A stretch of DNA of 64,000 nt from Octopus sinensis. Taxonomy: Eukaryota. How positions within the stretch are numbered: the stretch's first letter is position 1; the number at the start of each line of letters is the position of its first letter. Positions 25,473-40,001 of this stretch are shown here, one piece after another. Position numbers and translations under genes: made by a program. The DNA lies in the NCBI RefSeq assembly GCF_006345805.1, contig NC_043001.1, forward strand, positions 55,986,001 through 56,050,000, read 5' to 3'. A model generated the notes under the pieces. It did not search any database and was not told the DNA's origin. It saw nothing but the letters and a program-made list of their open reading frames with translations.

Positions 25473-25637
25473 AGGCTGTGTAGTAAATAGCTTGCTCACC
25501 AACCACATGGTTCCGGGTTCATTCCCACTGCATGGCACCTTGGGCAAAAATGTTTTCTACTATAGCCTCGGGCCGACCAAAGCCTTGTGCGTAGATTCGG
25601 TAGACGGAAACTGAAAGAAGCCCGTCGTATATACGTA

Positions 25638-25668
<31 letters not shown>

Positions 25669-25714
25669 GTGTGTGTGTGTGTATATGTTTGGTTGTCTGT
25701 GTTTGTCTTTCCAA
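25473..25714 (+). mobile_element. SINE family A 5' and central part
   Basis: Near-consensus head ..caaccacatggttccgggttca..cactgcatggcaccttgggcaa. Confidence 0.85.
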
Positions 25715-27230
25715 CATATATATATTGGTGTGGTGCAGTAGACAAAGCTTGGTATATAGCTAAACCAATGTTTAGAACTCCTTGTGTTCGATTTTAACAT
25801 TATATATAGTTATAAAGTTGCAGTCGCGAGGAGATGAGGAGATATTTTGATGTAGTTATCCATCGATCTTTCGAACACACAGTACGCGTAGAAAACTAAA
25901 ATGGAGATAGGTTTTATGTTTATTCAATACATTCTAATGTTAAATAAACGTAAAATCATTCTATTCTCATTTTATGTATATGTGAGTATATATATCTTAT
26001 ACAAGTATATATGTTATGTGTGTAGGTTTCTGCGTGTGGGAATTTATATATATATATATATATGTATGCACATCACATACACACCGCGAGGTTCGTTTAA
26101 GGAAACTGAGCCAATGGTAGAAAGCACTTAATCGAGTCGCTGTGCAGTGGAATCGAACGCGGAACTATTTGACTGCGATGCGAATTTCGTAACCACTGAG
26201 CCATGCTTGCAGCTATTTTCATATTTTTTAAAAATCGTTTAGTCGTAGCTGAAGGGCAATGTTCATGCGCACTCTCTCTTTCTCGCGCGCACACACCACA
26301 CACACACATACACTCTCCATTTTTACCCCTGCTTAATCATTCGTGTATATAAATAAAAATATGGCCAAATGACTAAGAGTGGATTTTGGTGGCGTGTAAG
26401 AGGCAAATATCTCTTATTTGTTTATTACAAGAAATCTGTAAAATAACTGCATCTAGTAACAACGACACCCACAAGCTAGCTAATGGTACTTTTAACAAAA
26501 AATAAATAAATAAAATAAAATAAAAATGCCGCTAACCCGTTCGTTTGTTTACATCCGTTTTCACTATTTTGAAAGGGTTTTATCTGAGGCAGTTTTTTTT
26601 ATTTGTTGAGCCCTAATTAATGTGCATTTAGCAACTGGTAAAGTGATCATCAATAAACTATACCTTTAGGTTTACTAACTGTGACTCATATAGTTACGTT
26701 ATAAATAAATGGGAAATCCTTCGGTATTAGTAGATAACATTATTCACCTCTTTTTCCATCGTTGTGTTGGTGAATGATGTCGTCTACAAGTACCGAAAGA
26801 TTGCCAACAAACGCATTGCGAAATTCTTAAGTTCGGAAAATGCACAATTACGGCATCAGGTATTCATTCTTCATCGCTAAGTCAGAGGATGTAAGGCGGC
26901 GTTCACAACCCTTTTTAGGGTCTTCAGAATTGGTGGATGGAAAGGAGAAATTTATCCTCAGACAGGAAATCCCTACTGAATACTTGCAAAAGAGTTAAAA
27001 CCATACTAATGGCGACCAAGTACCGTGGAGTGGCGGTGGTAGTATTAAACAGAGTAACGGATTAGTGTATCACTACTAAGCCATAATCAGGTTACTTGAT
27101 CCACCGAAGGAGCTGCTAGAAAAAGACAGCGAACTTCCAACAAATCATGCTACTCTGTATTACAGAGAAGATATTGAATATTGTACTTCTAGGAGTATAA
27201 ATCTCCTTAAAATAAAGTAAGAATGGTCGA

Positions 27231-27576
27231 AACTTGCTTCCCAATCACATCGTTCCGGGTTCAGTCACATTGCGTGATACCTTGGGCAAATATCTTCTTC
27301 AATTGCTTCGGACTGAACAAAGTCTTGTGAGTATGTGTGTGCGTGTGTGTGTCTTTGTGGCTGTGTTTGTTCCCTACCACCGTTTGACAACCGGTGTTGG
27401 TGTGTTTACATCCCCGTAACCAAGCATTGTGGCGAAAAAAAAATGATAATATGCATATCAAGCTCAGAAAAAAAAAATACTACGGTCAATTCATTCGACA
27501 CACACACACAAAAAAAATTCTTCAAGGCGGTGCTCCAGCATGGCCGCAGTCTAATGACTGAAGCTAGTAAAAGATA
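27231..27576 (+). mobile_element. SINE family A
   Basis: Head remnant and tail ggcggtgctccagcatggccgcagtctaatgactgaa. Confidence 0.85.
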
Positions 27577-27590
27577 TATGTGTATAATAT

Positions 27591-27977
27591 ATTCTTTTAC
27601 TCTTTTATTTGTTTCAGTCAATTGACTGTCGCCATGCTGGAGCAGCGCTTTTTAGTCGAAGAAATCGACCCCTGGACTTATTCTTTGTAAGTCTGGTGCA
27701 TATTCTATCGGTCGTTTCTGCCGAACTGCTAAGTTACGAGGACCTAAACACTCCAGCATCGGTTGTCAAGCGATGGTGGTGAAGGGACAAACACACAAAC
27801 ATACACACACACATATGTATTCACGACAAGCTTCTTTCAGTTTCCGTCTACCAAATCCACTCACAAGACTTTGGTCAGCTTGAGGCTATAACAGAAGACA
27901 CTTGCTCTAGATGCCACGCAGCGGGGCTGAACCCGGAACCATGTGGTTGGGAAGCAAGCTTCTTATCACACAGTCAT
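27591..27977 (-). mobile_element. SINE family A, full length, tail-to-tail with the previous copy
   Basis: Reverse complement of the family A consensus blocks. Confidence 0.9.
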
Positions 27978-28404
27978 ACACACACATACACACACACATA
28001 TATGAGTCAATCTTTATAGCATATCAACCAAAAAAAGCCAAAAGATAAAAAAAAAAGGCAAAAATGGTGTCTGTCAGATTTGAACTTAGATCTCAAAGGG
28101 AAGTAACCGAATGCCATTTTAAGCAGACGTTATGAATATCATAATACGCATCTGTTAATAATATTAGTATATAAATAAATAATAAGTAAAAGGATCATCT
28201 GTTGGCTTTTGATAATAAATATTGCAAGTTGATCGATCAACTGAATTACCTACTCGTAGAATTATAATGCAAACGGTTGAGTACTCCAGAAATACTTCTA
28301 TCCTTGATGTAATCCTCAGACAGAATCGGGATGATATTCTGCGTGGCAAGGCTGCAGGTGTGTGTGTGTTATTTACGATTTTACCTTTTTATATATATAT
28401 TTAT

Positions 28405-28600
28405 CTTTCAGCTTTCACATGTTTAAGTAACTGGACTGCACCCATGCGGAAGGCCGTCATCTTGAAGGGGTCAAGTCGAACGAACTGATCCCAAATACTT
28501 GTCTTTACGTCTCTTCTGTCGAACCAGTAAGTTATGGGAACGTAAACAAACCAGCTCCGGTTGCGAAGCAGTGGAGACAAACACAACACACATGCATACA
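28405..28600 (-). mobile_element. SINE family A 3' half (degenerate)
   Basis: Reverse-complement tail blocks. Confidence 0.65.
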
Positions 28601-28749
28601 CACAGATGTGCATCGGGATTCCACGCGGTTTCCGTAAATTCACTTACACAGCCATACCTATGCCTACACACACATACACACACACTTGTATGCGTATGCA
28701 TATGAACACATAAATGTATATGTATTCCCTCTCTCTCTCTCTCTCCCCC

Positions 28750-28793
<44 letters not shown>

Positions 28794-30139
28794 GCACACG
28801 TTTGATGTTGACTGTCGGAAGAACGAGTATTCAGAACCATAACAGAGATTAATAATATATTTTATTTTGATCGAGTCAGTCTGTTGCTACTCTGAGTTTC
28901 AACTGTAAGCGCCCAGAGTTTTCAGGCAAGTTACGACTTATTCAAATAAGGCATGCATTGAGATCGAACTCGGAATCTCAGCTGTAAATAAATACCTATA
29001 GATGTAATATATATGATTAGCGTGTAAGTATATATGAACATATTTATAAATACACATATACACGTGTGCACGTACAGGAAAATACGGTAATATATACAGC
29101 TGCTGTTGATATTAATGCTTAGCTCCAGGTTATCTTTACTCGAGCAAGCCTATTATCAAAGGTCTTCCAGCCTCGCCCATCCTGTCTTGTATTTTTTGTT
29201 CTGATATAATGTCTTTAGCTCTACATTATCCAATGACCATCTCCATTTTTTTTCTCGAGAGAGAGGGTTGCATCTGATTTAAATTAGATTTAGCTGCTAT
29301 TTCTAGTAGGTCGTATTAATACGTATGAGGTTCTACCGTTGGCTCGATGTGCTTAATCTAGCTTCAGGTCAGCTCTGAACTGGCAGAGCTATGATCAAAA
29401 GACATTCCAATTATGACCAGTTCGCTCTTTTGAATACGAGGGACTTACAATATATCCTTATTAAAGACAATAACGTGCTAGTCAAGCCGGGTTTTGCTGT
29501 TATTTTCAGCTGACTGAGTGACCACATAAAGACTCTTCTCGTCTACGTACGTCATATGTTTATGTGTGTACGGCTGTATGCGTGCGTATGTGATTATTTT
29601 ATCCTTCTTCTTCTCATGAATATGGATAGATATGTGTGTAAACATTTTTTTATCGTGCATTATGGTTGTTCATTGGTTTGCTTAGGGTAGTAGCTATCGC
29701 TATTGGCAAAGTGTACGTTGTTTCTGCTGGAGTTATTGTTGTTCTTGACGTAATGGCGGTTTAGTGTGGTGAAGGAGAGAGGCAGGCCAGTTAATCATGT
29801 TCTAATGTTAACCAGAAGCACTGGACCAAATCTAGATTCTTTTTATAGCTTTATAGCTAAAGATGTATTGCAGCTAATGGACATTGTCCTGGTGGCTGGT
29901 CGTTTATTGGTGGCGGTGGTAGCGGTGTTGTTACTGGTGGTGGTGATAGCGGTGTTGTTGTTGGTGGCAACAGGGTGGTTGGTTGCGTTGGGGTTGTTGG
30001 TGCAAGTTGGGTGAGTCGGATACAATTTTTGTTGTGGGAGTAGACTGTAATAATGTTATGTACACTTACTGCAGTAGCAATGATTGAACTGATACGTACA
30101 AATATATACATACAACACTATCTCCCAGTTTGTCTGTCA

Positions 30140-30540
30140 GTCTATGTATGTATGAATGTATGTATGTATGTATGTATGTATGTATGTATGTATGTATGTA
30201 TGATGTATGTATGTATGTATGTATGTATGTATGTATGTATGTATGTATGTATGTATGTATATGTATGTGTGTGTATGTATGCATGTATGTACATATGTGT
30301 GTATGTGTATGTATGTATGTATGTATATATGCATGTATGTAACTATGTGTGTGTGTATGTATGCATGTATGTATGTACGTATGTGTGTAAGTTTATGTAT
30401 GTATATGTGTGTGTATATGTGTGTGTACGTATGTATGTTGTAAAAGACTATACATTCATATGTACGTACACTCCTACCTACCTACCTACCTACCTACCTA
30501 CCTAGATACAAACATACATACATACATGCATACATACATA
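30140..30540. repeat. (TATG)n / (TG)n / (CCTA)n compound microsatellite
   Basis: Direct reading. Confidence 0.95.
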
Positions 30541-30550
30541 CATGCATGCA

Positions 30551-31100
30551 CTTGACAGGCTCATCTACCTCAGCAGCTTTCTAAGAACAGTAAACATCGA
30601 TGAGAAAGATCAACAGCAGGATCTCCAAGCAAGCACTACATTTGGCAGACTGCAGGAGAACGTGTGAAAGCGCAGAGGTATCAGCCACATTGCAAAGCTG
30701 AATGCCTACCACGCTGTTGCTCTCATAACCATCCTTTATGTTTGTGAAACATGGAAACTGGAATATGCGAAGCAACTCGCCACTTGCTCATGAAATATCC
30801 TTGGTCAGACAGAACTGGGAAGGGTTTCAGTGAGCCAACATCATAGTTGCAAAATGGCCTGGGTATATCAGTCTGATGCCGAAATACCGCATCCAAGAGC
30901 TTTTCCTCTATTTCGAACGCAGTCAGTGAAGCTTCAGTGCTGGGGTGGGTGGGAAAGAAAGGTTTTCAGTGACTTCTCAAAATCATATTTCAAACTGCTT
31001 GACTTCTGCGAGTTGCTAGCTTTAAACCAGCTCCAATTGTAGAGTCTGATTCCATCTGGTGTTTTACATGTATGAAAGGCGTCCTCGTTGGACAAACCTC
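30551..31100 (+). mobile_element. RTE (BovB-like) LINE fossil, post-RT region
   Basis: Across frameshifts it translates IYLSS..VNIDE..SRISKASTTFGRLQENV*KRRGISHIAKLNAYHAV..TILYVCETW, matching the RTE YLGS..IDDE..RIAKAS.AFGRL...W...K..VY.AV....LLY.CETW motif. Confidence 0.8.
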
Positions 31101-31415
31101 ATTAGCCACCATCATCTCAGATCCACTAGACAAGACATAAAAACCAATCTTGAATCTTGATCGTCTTCCTCCACCTCTGTCTGCCTGTTTTTCTGTCTGT
31201 CTGTTTCTCTCTTTCTTTCTCTCTCTCTCTGTCTATATATGTATGTTCGTGTATAAACACTCACACACACACACACACACACACAATCAAATGTATAATA
31301 ACTGAAATGTACACAACCGGAATATCTTATTTGATACTCACCAACCACAGGTTATCCAACCCTAACTGGTGCATATCTTTTCAAGTACCTGATTCTGAAT
31401 CCTTATATATATATA

Positions 31416-31470
<55 letters not shown>

Positions 31471-32165
31471 TACACACACACACACATATATAGAGATATA
31501 CACATACAGGTAAATCAAAATTAAAACACAAGCAGGGAAAAGAGCCGAAGTCGAAAGGACGTATACAGTGAATGTATTAACTTGACGGTCAGAGAAAGTT
31601 TAAGAGGGGAAAAAGAGGAGGGGGATAGACGAGAGAGTCAGCAGGGACATAGCAGAGAGATATGACAAATGAATATGATATATAAGATAGAATGATAGAT
31701 AAACCTGGATAGATAGAATAGGAGGAATAAAATGGGAGAGAGAAAGAGAGAGAAAGAGAGCGAGAGAGAGAGAGAGAGAGAGAGAGAAATAGATAGGTAC
31801 AGGGACAGACTGAAGTGTGTATTGATAGATATATCGATAGGTAAGCGTGATAGAAAAAAATATATATAATGTGCATGCGTGTGTGTGCATATATATATAT
31901 ATATATATATACATGTATATGTGTAGGGAGAATTCACGAGTTAATCCTATGTATGTATGTATATATATATATATATATGTATGTATATATGTGCGTGTAT
32001 GTGTGTGTGTATACACATTATATATGGAATTCGGGTATGGTGAAGCAAACAGGAAAAATAGAACTCGTAATAAGAGTACATGTATATTTTTTATTAATCT
32101 TTGGCATAAGCAATAGAGTGGATTTAGGGCCCGAGAGTTTCGCGTGTCAGGACTTAACCAAAGTT

Positions 32166-32166
<1 letters not shown>

Positions 32167-32245
<79 letters not shown>

Positions 32246-32246
32246 A

Positions 32247-32278
<32 letters not shown>

Positions 32279-32335
32279 CATCCATCCATCCATCCATCCA
32301 TCCATCCATCCATCCATCCATCCATCCATCCATCC

Positions 32336-32424
<89 letters not shown>
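32167..32424. repeat. (TCTA)n-(TCTG)n-(TCCA)n-(TCTA)n compound microsatellite
   Basis: Direct reading. Confidence 0.95.
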
Positions 32425-32425
<1 letters not shown>

Positions 32426-32799
32426 ATATGCACATGTAGAATTGTTTGGCAACATGACTTAGTCAAAAGCGAAAAAAATAAAAACAGTATCTACGCCATT
32501 TTATAGTGCCTTCAAGATGAGTGGAAAGAATGGGAGAAATCATTTCCCCACCGAAGACCTGAAATGATTGTTTGAAACTGATTCGTATTTCGTAGAGTTC
32601 ATCCAAATCCAGGACTGTTGAACCAAACGACTAATTAAGTCTAACACCTAAGAATAAAATTGTCTCTCCGACGGACTTCAGCACAGTCTCCGCTGACCAA
32701 GTTTCACCAATAAGGCTTCAGTTGACCCACGACTATGATAGATGACATTATCTCAAAATTACATAGTGGTATTGAACTCGATGCTACATGATTGCGAAG

Positions 32800-32869
32800 T
32801 GGAAGAAAACTGAAAGAATCCCGTCTATACATACATACATACATACATACATACATACATACATACATA

Positions 32870-32914
<45 letters not shown>

Positions 32915-33135
32915 GCGTCTGTGTGTTTGTGTCTGTTTGTTTTGTCTTCCTCCGCTGACAACCGGTGTTGGTGTGTTCACGTCCCTGTAACTTAGCGGTT
33001 CAGCAAAAGACGATGATTGAATAAGTACCAGGCTTTAAAACAAGTCCTGGGGTCGATTAGTTCGACTAAAATCCTTAAAGGTGGTGTTCCAGTATGGCCG
33101 CAGTCAAATGATTAAACAAGTAAGAATAAAAGTAA
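32800..33135 (+). mobile_element. SINE family A central and 3' part
   Basis: gaaaactgaaagaatcccgtc + (TACA)n(CA)n + tail. Confidence 0.85.
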
Positions 33136-33693
33136 AAGTAAATACACACACACACATATATATGTGTGTATGTATGTATGTATATATATATATAATGTAT
33201 GTATATATGTTTGAGTGGGAGAGCGAGAAGGGGAGGAGGGAGACTAACATATTAATAGCTACAGATATAATATAAATAAATAGGTAGATAGATTAATCGA
33301 TAAACAAATATTGATTAATAGAGAATGATAGATTGTCAGAATGTATATCCTCTCAACTTCACCTTACCATATAATCAGATAATTGTAGATATAAATAGAG
33401 ATAGAGAGATAAGGACAGAAAAAGAGACAGTGTGCGTGTGTGTGTATAACATTGATAAGGATAGGTAGCTGGATAAGTGAACGAATCCGCACGCACACAC
33501 ACACCTACGCGCACACACACACACCTACGCACACACACACACCTACACACACACACAGAGTCTCTGTGTCTTGTGAGTTTATTTCTCTCAATAGATACAC
33601 ACAGAAAGAAGAGAGAAAGGTTGAGAGGGAAAAGGAGTTAGACACGCAAATAAAACGATGGAAAAGGAGTAAAAAATAGACAGACAGACTTAC

Positions 33694-33769
<76 letters not shown>

Positions 33770-33909
33770 TGATGTCGGTCTATCTAGGTAGCTAATAACT
33801 AACAGCTAAATAGAAATAGAGAGAAAGGGAAAATTGCTTAACCAAGGAAATGTAATAAATAAGTCGGCAAGTCCAGGCAGGTTCATTGTTTTAATATAGA
33901 TCCCTAGTT

Positions 33910-33942
<33 letters not shown>

Positions 33943-34149
33943 AAAAAAAGAAAGAGCATGTCAGGTGGTCTGACAGACACACAGACAAAACATAATAAAC
34001 ACGTTAAACTGGCCACTTATCTCTGTATGTAACCACTTATCACAGTTTATATACTGCTAGTAATTATTTCACTGAACACCGTGCAAAAACCTAATGTAGC
34101 CTCGTAAACCATTCACCTCAGTGGCACAGGGAGTGTGCCACCGTCGTAG

Positions 34150-34720
34150 TTTTGACCCAAGATCAACCCTGATCGTGCAGACCTACGATTAAATGCGTTC
34201 TAATCGTGACCATTCCGTTTTATAGACAAGATTATCCCATGTGTCCTGTTTTTGTAGATGGTTGAGTGTAATTCGATGGAGATTTAACTGCTGTTTTTAA
34301 CAAGTCAACGGTTCGCATAGAGGATCCCTAGTTGTCTGATGGTAACCCTAAGTTCACCCTAATTAAGCTGATCTTTGATTAAAGCTACTTCAGTCGTGAT
34401 CATCCCACACATTGCGTATCCTTCATTACATTATCTAACATATCCTAATCCCAGGTCTTTTTTTCCCTGGCAAATCGAGCGAAGGGCATTAAATCTCTCA
34501 GTTTAGCTTTTGGTAGCTTTCGCTATTGTTGTCGTTTAGCACCAGGTTAGTTCTGGTTAAACTGATCAGGCATTCCAACTATTCATATGCAGTGATCTCT
34601 GTAATACATTATTATATATATATAACCTTTTTTAAGATGGTAGGATGTGATTTGAAATAAATTTGTCGTCTACTTCTGGCAAAGCGAGCAACTACGTAGA
34701 GGTTATCATGAGATGGCTTG
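34150..34720 (-). mobile_element. Cluster of degenerate family D copies
   Basis: gatcaaccctgatcgtgcagacctacgatt and ggtaggatgtgatttgaaataaatttg blocks. Confidence 0.55.
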
Positions 34721-35144
34721 TTATAGTTTAAATAGCATCGCCCGTCGCTATATTTTGGTGCCTGAATGTGCTTCAGAATATTCTGGGTGGGCACTAACTT
34801 GTTATAATGCTAACGTGGAGTTTCGAATTAAGTATAACACGGTAAATCTGAAGATGCACCAGTGAATAATGAGTTGGCAGCGCCGTCTAGTGTAGCCCTT
34901 CAACAACGGCAATAACTTTAGTTAAATCCCAACATCAATTTTATCTTTGAACTTACTAGCGACTAAGAAATAAAGAATCGGTGAAGTACTGGAGTCGATA
35001 TAATAAAAAATGGAGTGGGGAAAGAAACAGTGTTTTATATCGTCTCCATTATATGACTGGTACTTGTTTTAGAGACCTAGGATAAAAAAAAAATCACTAA
35101 TGAAATAAAGGAGACAAAATACTCGACGAGAAAAAGTACACTTT

Positions 35145-35234
35145 CTGCACCATGGGCAGGTGTCTTCTACTATAGCTTCGGGCTGACCAAAACCTTGTGA
35201 GTAGATTTGGTAGACGGAAACCGGAAGAAGCCCG

Positions 35235-35296
<62 letters not shown>

Positions 35297-35530
35297 AAAT
35301 ATATATGTATATATCTATGTGTATGTCTTTCTACTCTATGTTTGTCCCACTAGCACCGCTTGATATCCGGTGCTGGTGTGTCTGCGTCCTCATAACTTAG
35401 CGGTTAGGCAAAAGAGCCGATAGAATAAGTATTAGGCTTTAAAAGACTCCTGGAGTCGATTTGTTCGAGTAAAACCCTTCAAGACGGTGCTTCAGTATGG
35501 TCGTAGTCAAATGACTGAATCAAGATGAAA
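35145..35530 (+). mobile_element. SINE family A (5'-truncated)
   Basis: gtgtcttctactatagcttcggg..gtagacggaaac..gaagcccgtcg + (CA)n + tail. Confidence 0.85.
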
Positions 35531-36302
35531 AAAAAAAAAAATAACCACACGTATTCTACAATATAATAATCTACATCATAATTTAAATTACACGTATTTT
35601 GCACAATCACCATCCAATATCACGCAAACCAAACATCACATCCCAATATAAAAACATAACACCACTTAATATAATTATATATATAATAAAAAAATACCGA
35701 ACAAAACCGAAATACAATCAGTGTCCAACAAAACACAACTTACAAAAGCATATTCTGCAAAAAAAGTACATGTGAAATTCTATAAGGGAAGAACTGTGCC
35801 ATCTGGTTAGAGAAGGTAGGCTAGTGCCTACTCAGATTAAGACCGTAAATATTAATTTATAAATATAAAAAGTAAATTATTTCCAATCAATTATATATAT
35901 ATATATATATTATATATATAAAGAAACAAAATGCCGATTTAATGACTTGAATTCAATGTGTAATTCAGTAATTGGTTAATATATGAATACTAGACATGCG
36001 CAATTTCCGTTGTCTTTCAAGTTAAATATACAGAATAAGTGCCAGAAGTTCAGCTTACATAAAAAGATATTAAAAAAAATATATATAGTTGTCATGATGC
36101 AGATATTAATCTCTCTCTTTTAAGTGTCATTAGCAGTCCAAGGAGCGTGCGTGTGTTTTAAAGAGCCTGTGTTTGGTTTTGCTGATTGAGCTAATTTTAA
36201 AAAGCATTTATATTTCATGTTGGAGTATAAAACATTAATACTTGAATATACTGTACATGTATGTAATATTACAAGCGCCTGTGTGAGTGAGTGAGTGAGT
36301 GA

Positions 36303-36333
<31 letters not shown>

Positions 36334-36469
36334 TTCATGGTGGATACACATAATTGTATATTTTATACAGTTGTATTTATAAATATTCACGTTATCAAAA
36401 CCATGCCGTGGATGTATGTACATATGAGTTATATATCTATAACTCATATATACTAACACACACACCACA

Positions 36470-36502
<33 letters not shown>

Positions 36503-36539
36503 TATATACTAACACACACACACACACACAAATATATAC

Positions 36540-36572
<33 letters not shown>

Positions 36573-36581
36573 TATATACTA

Positions 36582-36614
<33 letters not shown>

Positions 36615-36670
36615 CGCACGCACGCACGCACGCAAACACACATATATATATTATATATAGATATATATTA

Positions 36671-36710
<40 letters not shown>

Positions 36711-37017
36711 CATGCCCCTGAATATATAACATTTATACATGTATGCAAACATACATACATATGAATAAGTGATAAGGTCTTTTCATTGACAGTTTATTAA
36801 TGCCTACCGCCTACTTCGAGTATCTACAAACAACTCTTTCAAGTAAAATGAGAAAAAACAAAACTAAAAAAAAACATGTCACTCAACAAAACAAAACTAA
36901 TGCACAATGCAAATACAATTCGCCAAAGCACAATGGTGCACACCTCTTGGGAATCTCGTAGTGCACCAGAAATCGCAACAAAGCGTGGAATACACGGTGA
37001 TGATAATAACAATAATC

Positions 37018-37210
37018 CTTTCTAACATAAGCACTAGGCCTGAAATTTTTGCGGGGAAGGGGTAGATGATTACTTGACTGGTTCTATCCACCCCGAAAGG
37101 ATAAAAAGCAAAGTTGGCTTCAGCGGGATTTGAACTCAGAACGTAATGATGAACGAAATGCCGCTAAAACATTTTCTAAGGCATGCTAACGATTCTGACA
37201 GCTCACCGCC
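37018..37210 (-). mobile_element. SINE family B, followed by (AAT)n 37215-37306
   Basis: Reverse-complement family B blocks. Confidence 0.8.
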
Positions 37211-37214
37211 TTCC

Positions 37215-37310
<96 letters not shown>

Positions 37311-37754
37311 TAAATAAATAAATAATAAGGATCCTTTTTACAAAAGGCAAATGGCCTGATATTTTGGACGAAAGGCAATTTTGGCTGAAAAGCAAAGTCG
37401 GTGTCGGCGAAAGTCAGACGAAATACTGCCAAGCATTTTGTCTGGCGTGCTAATAGTTCTGCCAGCCCGCATAATAATAAATAATACATAATAATATAAT
37501 AATACCCTTATTCAGGACCTTGTGAGCGGGATGGGCTACTCAACCTAAGAAAATTCTAACTGGGCCCCACCTGCAAGGTCATGTGCTGTTTATCTTGATA
37601 TGAGATCACCATGTCGCGCACATATGGTTGTGATGCATGTGCCTAGTGTAACCCTTATCAGACGGGTAGTCATGATGGGTATATTGGGCTTCGTATATTT
37701 TATCCCAGTGTCACTTTGATGGCATGAACTGCTCTCTCAACTCATATAATAATA

Positions 37755-37803
<49 letters not shown>

Positions 37804-38486
37804 GCAACAACAATAATAATAATAATAATAATTCCTAGTTTTGGCACAAGGCCAGCAACTTTGGGGCGGTAGCAAGTCGATTACATGGACCTCAGTAATT
37901 GAATGGTACTTTATTTTATCGACCTCAAAATGATGGAAGGCGAAGTTGATCTCAGCGATATTTGAACTTTGAATGTAAAGGGAGATAATCTACTATCACA
38001 ACCCATTTTGTAAGCCTCCTTTTCAGACTGTCATTGTGGTATTGGTACAAGGTTAGTCGTATTTAGGAAAAGGAACCGTCGATTATAGCAATCATATTTT
38101 TATTTTAACTGGTATTTTATGTTATCTGTCTTGGAAGAATGAAGCATAAAGTGAGCCTCCACAGGATTTGATTGAACAGCAAAAAGCGACGTAACTAAAT
38201 GCAGCAAAGCATATTTAGTGTAACTTTCTTCAGTATTTTTAATGCTTGGTGCTTAGGACCACATAATCCTAGGACCTTTTTTGAAGACATGAGAGTGAGG
38301 TTTGAAGGACATCTGGCTGCTTTTTCTAGCCGTTTTAGCGACCAGGCAGAGATCAACTAAATTTATTTCTGTATTTACACTATGCTACGAAACACGAGCT
38401 ACTTTTTTGTGTACCACCCTATACATACATACATATATGCATACATACATACATACATACATACATACATACATACATACATACAT

Positions 38487-38767
38487 GCCCAAGATAAACT
38501 TTTAGCTTCATACTTATTATTGGAGCAACAAGATACATACCAACCCATTTGGAGCAAGGTATGGCTGAACTTGGGATCTTGGGGGACAGAATGCAAATCC
38601 TTAATTCATATGCTATAAATGATCACGACATCTGAGACTATAAATATTTGCAAGACCTTCTTAAGATTTAAACGAGGGTGGTTAAAGGAAGATACTTTCC
38701 TTCACGACCCTGCTACCAAGTAGGTGTCCGGTCAAAATTTACTCTAAACTTAAAAGAGAAAGAGAAG

Positions 38768-38770
<3 letters not shown>
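38487..38770 (+). mobile_element. 5'-truncated R4/Dong-type fragment, divergent subfamily
   Basis: Translates FSFILIIGATRYIPTHLEQGMAELGILGTECKSLIHML*MITTSETINICKTFLRF, which aligns with the 6875 peptide. Preceded by (TACA)n, followed by (CA)n. Confidence 0.65.
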
Positions 38771-38813
<43 letters not shown>

Positions 38814-38829
38814 ACACATACATACACAC

Positions 38830-38889
<60 letters not shown>

Positions 38890-39012
38890 CTCATACATAC
38901 ATACTTATATATATATAAAATAAAAAACCTGGAAGACATTTTACACATTGGTACACAACTCTAACAAAATAACATTTCAAAATGAATAAAATAACATTTT
39001 ATAATAAAGTAA

Positions 39013-39091
<79 letters not shown>

Positions 39092-39868
39092 TATCAAGTA
39101 GTAAAATGGCCGCCATATCTTTTGTAAACTCTTATTTTTTTTCTGTGTAACTGTCCAGTTAGAAGAAAATAATTCATGTGTAAATAAAACGTGCGGACAG
39201 CTATCACCTGGCCAGCTGTCGCCTTTTACTATCGCTTCAACAATTTTGTTGTAAAGATGGTCCCACACCAAAGTTGTGTCGATGGGATGGCAGAGAAAGC
39301 TAATCGGGTGTACATAGTTTATTGACCGTGAGTAGGTTTGGGCTCTGCTAAAGTAATGGGTGGCTTGCTTTTATCAACTACACTCACTCATTATTACATG
39401 TGAGTGTCTGTGTGTGCTCTAGAAGAGGTCAGTAGGCGTGTAAATGTATGTTTGATGAAGCATACACGCTCGAACGAGGACACGCGTGTTCACATACAAC
39501 ATGTATAGTCACACGTATATAAAGAAATATATGTATTTATAAATAAATGTGTGTATATAATTTAACATATGTATGTGTGTATGTGTGTATGTGTGTGCAT
39601 GTATATGAACATGCGTTTATGTGTTATAAAAGATTGGTAGGCGTGGGCATAGGTGTGATGACACATACATACATGCATAACCATAGACATTGATATATAT
39701 TCTTAATTCACACATTTCATTGACTCTCTCACTTCCCCACCTCCACATGTATTTGTCACTGAATGCATCAATAGGAGTGAGTGTGAAAACATGTATGTGA
39801 TATTTATTGATAGATATGCACGCAAACATCATATGGACTCACATTCATACAGATTCGTCTTACACACA

Positions 39869-39925
<57 letters not shown>

Positions 39926-39935
39926 TTTATATGCA

Positions 39936-40001
<66 letters not shown>

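Noticed and set aside
26740-26880. Open frame IVVLVNDVVYKYRKIANKRIAKFLSSENAQLRHQ with CAG|GTATTC donor
   Set aside because: No credible acceptor and no recognisable homology.
28320-28357. Possible 38-nt exon (QNRDDILRGKAA)
   Set aside because: Weak acceptor, donor runs into (GT)n, no partner exons.
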